IMG/VR virus record: IMGVR_UViG_3300022074_000047
Coordinates: 1 to 56,553 of that record
Length of the DNA: 56,553 nucleotides
DNA from: a virus
Lineage: Duplodnaviria > Caudoviricetes
Strand: one strand, 5' to 3'
How positions within the stretch are numbered: the first letter of the stretch is position 1; each line of letters begins with the position of its first letter. Positions 28,050 through 35,120 of this stretch are shown piece after piece. The position numbers were made by a program, and so were the translations under genes. The notes under the pieces were generated by a model. The model was not told the origin of the DNA and made no database searches. It saw only the letters and a list, made by a program, of their open reading frames with translations.

Positions 28050-29177
28050 ATGACAATAGATAACAATGAAATGAAGCTTACCCAGTTGATGAAAAGGGTT
28101 CAGGAAGAAGCAAGCCGCAAGGCCGATTATATTGTTCCCGCTAATCATATGCAGAAAAGAACAATAGAAGACAATGACGGGAAGATGAAGCCCCAGTTGA
28201 TAGTCGAACAGCGGGGCGGAGAACCTACCCTTGTTATGGATTTTAACGACGTTTCATTTAATCAATACGCGGTTTACAATGGTATTGAGAGCCGTACAGC
28301 GCGACGCCTACAAGATCAAGCCCCGAGTGAATTTGACGCGCTGTTAAATAGGTTGCATTCTCAAGACAATAATAACCGAATGCTTAGAACGTTTGACAAT
28401 GGCCCGTCTTCTACTCTTAGAGCTAATTTATCTGACAAATTTAAAACGTTTGATAATTACGATTTTTTAGAAGCTTCTATTCCCGCGCTTTTAGATAACG
28501 ATCAAGCCCCCGAGATTATGCAAGCCGATTACACCGAAAAAAGAATGTATATGCGCTTCAAGTTTAACAAGCAAACGGGAGAGGGTGCTAACGTCGGTGA
28601 TTTAATGGCAAATGGTATTGGTTTTTCTAATAGTGAAACGGGGCACGGGTCGATTGCTGTATGGCAGAATTTTTGGACTTTGGCGTGCACAAATGGAATG
28701 CAGACCGATAACAGAAGCAGAAGCGCGCATATAACAAGCGCCCGTGAGAGCGACGTTTACGGCGTTTTATCGCAAGAAGCAAAAGACGCTGATAACAAGG
28801 CTATGGCCCTAAAGCTTCGCGATCTAGTAAGAAGCTACTCAAGCCGTGAAAGCTTCGATGACGTATTGCAAAAAATGCGGTTAGCGGGTGCGGACGTTGC
28901 CGAGGGCATAGAGCCCGTTGAGCTTGCCAGTAACGCGGGCCGAGTTTTAGCCCTTACCAAACAGGAAACAAGCGGGCTGTTAAATGGTCTTATTTCAACA
29001 ATAGGGCAAGCGGGGTATGAACGCGATAAACCATTGACCCGCGCGACGTTAATAAACGCCGTGACGGCGTGCCAACACAAGGCCGAAAAAGATGACGTTG
29101 ATTTATGGCAACGGCGCGGGGGGCAAGTTTTAAATATGCGGTCGTCGGATTGGTCGCGGGTTAAGGCCGTCGCGTAA
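28050..29177 (+). CDS. DUF932-family (phage/plasmid) protein
   Basis: GIGFSNSETGHGSIAV....TLACTNGM signature followed by RSAH. Confidence 0.75.
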   Translation: MTIDNNEMKLTQLMKRVQEEASRKADYIVPANHMQKRTIEDNDGKMKPQLIVEQRGGEPTLVMDFNDVSFNQYAVYNGIESRTARRLQDQAPSEFDALLNRLHSQDNNNRMLRTFDNGPSSTLRANLSDKFKTFDNYDFLEASIPALLDNDQAPEIMQADYTEKRMYMRFKFNKQTGEGANVGDLMANGIGFSNSETGHGSIAVWQNFWTLACTNGMQTDNRSRSAHITSARESDVYGVLSQEAKDADNKAMALKLRDLVRSYSSRESFDDVLQKMRLAGADVAEGIEPVELASNAGRVLALTKQETSGLLNGLISTIGQAGYERDKPLTRATLINAVTACQHKAEKDDVDLWQRRGGQVLNMRSSDWSRVKAVA

Positions 29178-29231
29178 ATTCCAGACCCGCCACGCGGGCG
29201 GGCTGGCCTATTGTAAAAATATCACTAAATC

Positions 29232-29259
29232 GGGCGGGTGTTTACATCCGCCCTTTTTT
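29232..29259 (+). terminator. intrinsic terminator containing the next -35 (TTTACA)
   Basis: GGGCGGGTG-TTTA-CATCCGCCC-T6; followed by TATATA and TATAAGATAATGTCAA. Confidence 0.8.
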
Positions 29260-29304
29260 ATGTATATATATAAGATAATGTCAATAATACGGGAATTTTA
29301 AAAA

Positions 29305-30024
29305 ATGGTTTTATTAGTTAATGAAATGTCTACGGGCAAAAAAACGCGGGGGCTTGCGATAACATATAGGGCGGGCGGGGGCAATAAGTTTGGATCTTGC
29401 CCCGCATCTTGCAAGCTTAATGCAAGCGGGCGCGGATCGGAAAAGATCGATCTAGAATATACCCGCGTTTTATATGGGTTTAAACCCGTCGGCGGGTTTG
29501 CGTTTACGTTTTCGCATTTCGACCCGTCGCAATGGTTTAATTTGATAGCCCCCGAGAAAAAAAAGGCCGTGATAAATTATAGCGCCGATCTATGGTCTAA
29601 GGCCGTGAAAGCTTTTAAAAATAATATTCCAACTGTTTTTGTCGTTGCCCAAAGTTATTGGAGTGAAAACGCCTTTAAAAATAAGGAACGCGACGGCGTT
29701 TTGGTTGTTCGGTGCCCTGAAGAATATAATAGTGATAAAGTAAGCTGTTTAAATTGTGGCGGTGAAAAGGGGCCGTTATGCGCCCGCCCTGATCGCAATT
29801 TTATTATAGCCTTTACGGCGCACGGGAACCAAAAAAAGAAAATAAACAACGGCGCGCGCGGGGGCTGTTATGCCGACGGGGGTAACGTCAATATACATTG
29901 GAAGCGCTTGGCCGATAAACCGCAAGAAAAAACAGACTCGGAAACATTGCGTAAATTTATCAAAACTATTTCGCCCCGCCGTATTCTTCGCCATCATATC
30001 GCGGGCGATATCGGGCAAGAATAA
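29305..30024 (+). CDS. gp88/DUF7227-like Cys-rich protein, apparently permuted
   Basis: KKTRG, CPASC, FTFSH, RCP..SCLNC..LC..R..IIAFTAHG, GCYA, RHHIAGD. Confidence 0.65.
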   Translation: MVLLVNEMSTGKKTRGLAITYRAGGGNKFGSCPASCKLNASGRGSEKIDLEYTRVLYGFKPVGGFAFTFSHFDPSQWFNLIAPEKKKAVINYSADLWSKAVKAFKNNIPTVFVVAQSYWSENAFKNKERDGVLVVRCPEEYNSDKVSCLNCGGEKGPLCARPDRNFIIAFTAHGNQKKKINNGARGGCYADGGNVNIHWKRLADKPQEKTDSETLRKFIKTISPRRILRHHIAGDIGQE

Positions 30025-30046
30025 AGCCCGCCCATAGCGACCAAAT

Positions 30047-30071
30047 AAAGCCCGCTCACGCGGGCTTTTTT
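30047..30071 (+). terminator. intrinsic terminator
   Basis: AAAGCCCGC-TCAC-GCGGGCTTTTTT. Confidence 0.85.
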
Positions 30072-30079
30072 ATTTTGGG

Positions 30080-30107
30080 TTGTTTATATCTCATTTTTTC
30101 TTATACT
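30080..30107 (+). promoter_or_regulatory. sigma70-type promoter
   Basis: TTGTTT-N16-TATACT with TCTTATA box. Confidence 0.55.
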
Positions 30108-30155
30108 AGGGCAAGCGGTGCAATGAAGCCCGCTTTTTAACTATAGGAAAAAACT

Positions 30156-30341
30156 ATGAATGAAGATCTTTTATCAAAATATTTTTATAAAGAATTTGCG
30201 GAGTATGCCAATTTGGATATTCCGACGTATTCAAAGCTTTTATTGCACGCGGGCGTTGTTGACGCCTTGGCCGATAAAGATATGGAACGTTGCAAGGTTC
30301 TTGTGGATGAATTTAAAAGGGGGGCTAATTATGCGACTTAA
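30156..30341 (+). CDS. early hypothetical protein
   Basis: 61 aa, SD AGGA. Confidence 0.6.
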   Translation: MNEDLLSKYFYKEFAEYANLDIPTYSKLLLHAGVVDALADKDMERCKVLVDEFKRGANYAT

Positions 30342-30555
30342 TAAGATCCAATTAAACGCCTTGAAAAGGTTATACGATAGAGAAAAGCCCGCTTTAAATA
30401 TTTACGTTGCAGGTATTCTTAAAGACCGCGTTTCAATAAGCTTTTTAAATTTTCGGCGGGAATGCTACCCCGAAATTGGCGCCCGTGATACGGCCTTAAT
30501 AGTTCATAGGGGCGTCACGTTTGGAATAGAGCCCGACGGCCATATCCATACATAG
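30331..30555 (+). CDS. early hypothetical protein
   Basis: Start moved to ATG 30331; SFLNFRR...GIEPDGHIHT C-terminal motif seen in small phage early proteins. Confidence 0.65.
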   Translation: MRLNKIQLNALKRLYDREKPALNIYVAGILKDRVSISFLNFRRECYPEIGARDTALIVHRGVTFGIEPDGHIHT

Positions 30556-30576
30556 AGCCCGCCCATGGCCGAGATT

Positions 30577-30603
30577 AAGCCCGCTTCGCGCGGGCTTTTT
30601 TTT
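30577..30603 (+). terminator. intrinsic terminator ending the early region
   Basis: AAGCCCGC-TTCGC-GCGGGC plus T8. Confidence 0.85.
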
Positions 30604-30682
30604 GTTCGCTATTTCCAGTTAAATCCGCAACGGCCCGCCGTCCGCGTGCGATCGTAAACCTACGAGCCCCGCGACCCATGGC

Positions 30683-30722
30683 CCGAGATCCGCCGAGATC
30701 CGCCGAGATCCGCCGAGATCCA
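30683..30722. repeat. tandem 10-bp repeat CCGAGATCCG x4
   Basis: Units at 30683, 30693, 30703, 30713 (last ends in A); dispersed copies at 30783 and 30887. Confidence 0.95.
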
Positions 30723-30988
30723 CGGCCCGCGATCCTAGACCCGCCACGTGACGCGGCTGCACCCTTTTTTAAGATCCGCGACCCGAGATCCGCGACGGCT
30801 GCAGCGGATCCGCGAACCATGGCCCCCCGCCCAAGGTTAAAAATTTTCTTCTAGGGGCCCCCGCATATCGGGTCAATTAACGGGGCCCGAGATCCAAAAA
30901 TCGCGATAAAATGACAACGGCCCGGTGTTTTGCAAGCGTTAGCTTGCGCCATGTTTTTCACGAATAATCATACAAAAAATCGTATGAA

Positions 30989-31004
30989 TGTTTCACGTGA
31001 AACA
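30989..31004. promoter_or_regulatory. parS: parS site (chromosomal ParB consensus)
   Basis: TGTTTCACGTGAAACA, exact 16-bp consensus; palindrome extends to 20 bp (30987-31006). Confidence 0.85.
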
Positions 31005-31098
31005 TTGCCTAATTATTGTGCAGAAAAAAGGTTCTTGTTAACTGCCTAAAAAACGTGCATATTATTCGTGTTTGTTAACCATCAACCGAGGTCCGAGA

Positions 31099-31719
31099 AT
31101 GAGGAAGCGCAGAGTAGGCAAAACGGGAATACGCCAAGAGACTCGTGGTCGAAAACCCGCCACCATAAAAACCCCTTTGACACGAAAGCAGGAGCTGTTT
31201 GTCCGCGAGCTTGTCAGCAAGGATGGGCAGATAACTATGCGCGAAGCGGCAGAGAATGCCGGGTATAGTGCAACGAGTGCCCATACGCGAGCGTATGAGT
31301 TAACGAACCAACATATCTCGCCTCATGTGGTTCATGCGATAAGAGAGTACCGTCGTGCTTTGGATGAGAAATATAGTATTACGTTCTCACGACACGTGCG
31401 GGATTTGCAGCGTATTCGGGACGAGGCATTAGCGAATGGTGCGTACTCGGCAGCGGTGCAGGCGGAGTTTCGCCGTGGTATGGCGCAGGGTGATATATAT
31501 GTAAGTAAATCGGAGATACGACACGGGAGCATAGACAGTATGTCTAAGGAAGAAGTTATGAAAGCATTGAAAGAGATAAAGGAGAGTTATGCCCCAGTCA
31601 CAATCGACATCACCCCAGAAGAGGATAACGATAGCCGTGAAGAAGGAGAGCGGCTTTTACAAACAAGTGAAGGAAGCGGCACAGAGAGTAAGTCGAAAGC
31701 TGTCGCTAACGCGAATTGA
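31099..31719 (+). CDS. terS: terminase small subunit
   Basis: LTRKQELFV...AAENAGYS..SA...AYEL HTH signature; upstream of TerL; start taken at ATG 31099. Confidence 0.85.
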   Translation: MRKRRVGKTGIRQETRGRKPATIKTPLTRKQELFVRELVSKDGQITMREAAENAGYSATSAHTRAYELTNQHISPHVVHAIREYRRALDEKYSITFSRHVRDLQRIRDEALANGAYSAAVQAEFRRGMAQGDIYVSKSEIRHGSIDSMSKEEVMKALKEIKESYAPVTIDITPEEDNDSREEGERLLQTSEGSGTESKSKAVANAN

Positions 31720-32047
31720 AAACTGGGTCGGAGCAGGAATCCCAGACGTCTTGCTCTGTGATATCCATGGTTGTTTTCATTTTGTTGAGCTCAAGTTTAC
31801 GACGACGAATAAAGTAGATCTGCGCCCGTCGCAGGTAGCGTGGCTCACGAAACACAAACACGCTTCGTGTTGGATATTAATTAAGAAACAGGCAAAGCCG
31901 TCCGAGCGAGCAGAATTATTTTTGTTTAAGGCGGAAGATGCGATAGATTTGAAGATGGATGGGTTGAAAGATAAGAAGCCGGAGTTTCATTGTATGCAGC
32001 CGTTTCGTTGGGACGATATGTTTTTTAAAATCGCAGGGGCCCCCTGA
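31589..32047 (+). CDS. PD-(D/E)xK nuclease (Holliday junction resolvase/VRR-NUC-like)
   Basis: RIEN...GIPD.....FVELK...LRPSQVAW; true start may be GTG 31637. Confidence 0.8.
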   Translation: MPQSQSTSPQKRITIAVKKESGFYKQVKEAAQRVSRKLSLTRIENWVGAGIPDVLLCDIHGCFHFVELKFTTTNKVDLRPSQVAWLTKHKHASCWILIKKQAKPSERAELFLFKAEDAIDLKMDGLKDKKPEFHCMQPFRWDDMFFKIAGAP

Positions 32048-33492
32048 TGGATGTTTCGGAGCAGGAGGCCAAGCTTACGCTGCGACTGGCACAATTAGAA
32101 AAACACGAAAGGTGTCAGGAAGATTTTTTAATTTTTGTAAAAAATATGTGGCCGGATTTTATTGCCGGTCGGCACCATAAGATTATTGCCGAGAAGTTAG
32201 AGCGTGTGGCCAAGGGCGAGCTGAAGCGTTTGATTATCAATATGGCGCCAAGACATACGAAGTCGGAGTTTGCAAGCTTCTTGTTTCCGGCGTGGATGAT
32301 GGGCCGTAATCCAAAGATGAAGATTATTCAGGCGACGCACACCACGGAGTTGGCCGTGAACTTTGGACGTAAGACCAAGAACCTTATTGATAGTGATGAG
32401 TACAAGGATATCTTTCCGACGGTGAATTTGTCCGCCGACAGTAAAGCATCCGGTCGTTGGGACACGACATCGGGGGGTATGTACTATGCGGTGGGGGTTG
32501 GTTCCAACTTAGCGGGTCGTGGTGGAGACTTGGTGATTATAGATGACCCGCACTCGGAGCAGACGGCGATGTCTAATTCGGGTTTTGATGATGCGTGGGA
32601 CTGGTATACTGGGGGCCCCCGACAGAGACTACAGCCGGGAGGTAGTATTGTTTTGGTACAGACCCGGTGGTCCGAGAAGGATATGACGGGACAGTTGATG
32701 CGTGCGATGGCGAAGGATGAATTAGCGGACCAGTGGGAAGTTGTAGAGTTACCGGCGATCTTTACGGATGGCAGTCCCTGTTGGCCGGAGTTCTGGAGCC
32801 TCGAGGATTTAACGGCGGTGAAGGCGTCGATACCCCCTAGTAAATGGAATGCGCAGTATCAGCAGAATCCGACGGGTGAGGAGAACGCAATTATACCGCG
32901 TGAGTGGTGGCAGAAGTGGGAGAAGGAGAGTATTCCCAATCTGGAGTATGTTATTCAGAGTTACGATACGGCGTTCACGAAGAAGGAGACATCGGACTAT
33001 AGCGCGATTACTACATGGGGTGTTTTTTATCCCGAAGAAGCGGGGGGTCCCCCGGCGTTGATCCTTCTTGATAGTCAGAAGGATAGGTGGGACTTTCCTG
33101 AGTTGAAGCAGGTAGCGTTGGAGCAATATAAGTACTGGGAGCCGGATACGATTATAATAGAGGCGAAGGCGACGGGGCTGCCCTTGACCCACGAACTACG
33201 GAACATGGGTATACCTGTTGTCAACTTTACACCGAGTAAGGGTAATGATAAGGTGACGCGCGTGCACTCTGTATCGGTTCTTTTTGAAGCAGGCATGGTG
33301 TACGCACCAGACACGAAGTTTGCGGATGAGATGATAGAGGAGGTTGCGGCTTTTCCAAATGGGGAGTATGATGACCTTGTGGATAGTATGACACAGGCTT
33401 TGATGCGGTATCGTCAGGGCAACTTTGTGCAGCTACCAAGTGACGATTGGGAAGAAGAGGATAACAACGTGCAAGTAAAAGCGTACTACTGA
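32047..33492 (+). CDS. terL: terminase large subunit
   Basis: APRHTKS Walker A variant, IIDDP Walker B, QTRW, SYDTA, DDLVDS nuclease motifs. Confidence 0.95.
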   Translation: MDVSEQEAKLTLRLAQLEKHERCQEDFLIFVKNMWPDFIAGRHHKIIAEKLERVAKGELKRLIINMAPRHTKSEFASFLFPAWMMGRNPKMKIIQATHTTELAVNFGRKTKNLIDSDEYKDIFPTVNLSADSKASGRWDTTSGGMYYAVGVGSNLAGRGGDLVIIDDPHSEQTAMSNSGFDDAWDWYTGGPRQRLQPGGSIVLVQTRWSEKDMTGQLMRAMAKDELADQWEVVELPAIFTDGSPCWPEFWSLEDLTAVKASIPPSKWNAQYQQNPTGEENAIIPREWWQKWEKESIPNLEYVIQSYDTAFTKKETSDYSAITTWGVFYPEEAGGPPALILLDSQKDRWDFPELKQVALEQYKYWEPDTIIIEAKATGLPLTHELRNMGIPVVNFTPSKGNDKVTRVHSVSVLFEAGMVYAPDTKFADEMIEEVAAFPNGEYDDLVDSMTQALMRYRQGNFVQLPSDDWEEEDNNVQVKAYY

Positions 33493-35105
33493 TGACGGAT
33501 CTGTTTACGGAACGCGATAAGAAAAAAGCCAAGGCTTTTGTAAAAGGAGCAAATACGGGGATTGCTAATCTTTTAGGTTTTCCTGTTGACATGGTTAACA
33601 TGGCGCCTCTTCTTGTAAATCTTTTACCGGGCAAGCAGGGCATGAAGCCTTTTTCTGAAGATCCGGTTGGTGGGTCCCAGACGTTTAAGAATTTAATGGC
33701 AGCGGGTAATGTGGGCACGTATAAAGATGTGCAATCAATTCCTGAAGATGAGTATGGGGCGGGTGTTGCGGGTATGTTATCGAGTGAAGCTTTGCTATCT
33801 TTAGTTCCTGCCAGTAAGTTGATACAACAGTTGACCAAAGGGAAAAAGGTTAATTTACCGCAACCCAGTGCGGGTGGCGTAGATTTATCAAAGAGAGATT
33901 TTCTTAAAAAAGCTCCTGTTGCTGTAGCGGGGGCAGCCATGGTTCCCTCTGTTTTAAGAGAAATTGGTGAGGTCATACCTACGACAGCCACAACTAAAGC
34001 GGCAAAAGTTGGTTTAAAAGGCGTTATAGGTAGTGCCGCAGCAAAAGCAAACAAGTTACGTGATTTGTATTTTGGCACAGAGAAGGCCTTAAAAGGCAAA
34101 GGCGATCCGGTAGATCAATTATCGCAATCTTTGAAACGTAGTGAAGAGATGGACGCTGTAACTACGTCAATGAATAAAGAGCTTTCAGATTTTGTAAAAG
34201 GCAAAAATTACGATGATTTTATGAAATTAAAAGATGAAGAGCTTATTGCATTAGGGGAGATACAGCAAGACATAACACACGTTATGCGCACAGGGACTAC
34301 TCCAAAGGATGTAATATATTCTGGAGCTCCTCTAAGGGAAAAAACTGTTTCCGAGGCTTTAGGCAAGGCAATAGATAATCGTGGACTAAGGGGCAAGATC
34401 ACGGACCTTAGTAGGGCAAGAATGTTTGAATCAATTGCGGCTAAAAGAGAGGTGCGAAAAAGAGCCGGTTTCGTTGGTAAGAGCGGGATTGATTTGCCCT
34501 CAAGCATTATTCCAAAAATGTTCCCCTCTGGCACTACAGCGAAAACGACAAGTCTTTTTCCAACAGAGGCTAAGAAGGGTAAGCAGTTATTGATTGTGTC
34601 CTGTGGTAGTACTAAATGCCCGGACGTTGGTAACATGAAAGCATTAGATAGATATTTAGGCCCTATATTTCAATCAATAAAAAAGGCGGGGGTGCCTGAA
34701 AACGTAGATGTCGCTATATTGTCCGCGAAACACGGACTTATACGTGCTGACACTCCGATAGAGAACTACGATCAATTAATGACAAAAGATAAAGTAAAGG
34801 ATTTTTTAAGTAATCCGGACGAGATAAGTAAGATTGCGGAAACCATGCAGGGCTACGATAAGGTATTAGTGCAGGGTGGTGATAATTACAAAAACGTGAT
34901 TAAGTCCGCAGCCGGAGATATACCTTTTACAGAAGTGCCCAAGGGTCGTGGGATTGGAGATCAACGTAGTTTTGTCGCACAATTTTTAAAAGATCAGGCG
35001 AAACCCATGGCTAAAGGCGGTATCGCAGGCTTGTCTGACATAGCACGCGATATGTTCAAGGGTCCAAAAGGTATTGGCGCTTATCAATCGTTTATGGTAG
35101 GGTAA
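33492..35105 (+). CDS. multidomain protein with C-terminal DUF6884/YaaA-like domain, probably virion-associated
   Basis: LLIVSCGSTK...ALDRYLG..F...ILSAKHGLI...IENYDQLM; internal SKRDFLK plus hydrophobic stretch; MAKGGI tail. Confidence 0.6.
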   Translation: MTDLFTERDKKKAKAFVKGANTGIANLLGFPVDMVNMAPLLVNLLPGKQGMKPFSEDPVGGSQTFKNLMAAGNVGTYKDVQSIPEDEYGAGVAGMLSSEALLSLVPASKLIQQLTKGKKVNLPQPSAGGVDLSKRDFLKKAPVAVAGAAMVPSVLREIGEVIPTTATTKAAKVGLKGVIGSAAAKANKLRDLYFGTEKALKGKGDPVDQLSQSLKRSEEMDAVTTSMNKELSDFVKGKNYDDFMKLKDEELIALGEIQQDITHVMRTGTTPKDVIYSGAPLREKTVSEALGKAIDNRGLRGKITDLSRARMFESIAAKREVRKRAGFVGKSGIDLPSSIIPKMFPSGTTAKTTSLFPTEAKKGKQLLIVSCGSTKCPDVGNMKALDRYLGPIFQSIKKAGVPENVDVAILSAKHGLIRADTPIENYDQLMTKDKVKDFLSNPDEISKIAETMQGYDKVLVQGGDNYKNVIKSAAGDIPFTEVPKGRGIGDQRSFVAQFLKDQAKPMAKGGIAGLSDIARDMFKGPKGIGAYQSFMVG

Positions 35106-35120
35106 CCAAAAGGAGTCACT

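Noticed and set aside
29181-29206. Terminator directly after the DUF932 gene
   Set aside because: GC hairpin lacks a T tract; the hairpin at 29232 is the better terminator.
30683-30722. CRISPR-like array
   Set aside because: Repeats are 10 bp and directly adjacent, with no spacers and no cas genes.
30575-30820. Minus-strand 81-aa ORF over the repeat block
   Set aside because: G/R/A-rich translation explained by GC-rich repeats lacking stops; no convincing RBS.
30954-30969. Second parS site (TTTTTCACGAATAATC)
   Set aside because: Only 10/16 match; at best a half-site.
22857-31098. tRNA genes, attP/integrase or T7-like RNA polymerase promoters
   Set aside because: No cloverleaf with D and T loops, no recombinase motifs and no single-subunit polymerase; repeated motifs sit on sigma70-type promoters.
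33227-34099. Minus-strand 290-aa ORF
   Set aside because: Antisense shadow of terL and the following gene with no recognisable motif; the same applies to the other minus-strand ORFs except the SNF2 helicase.
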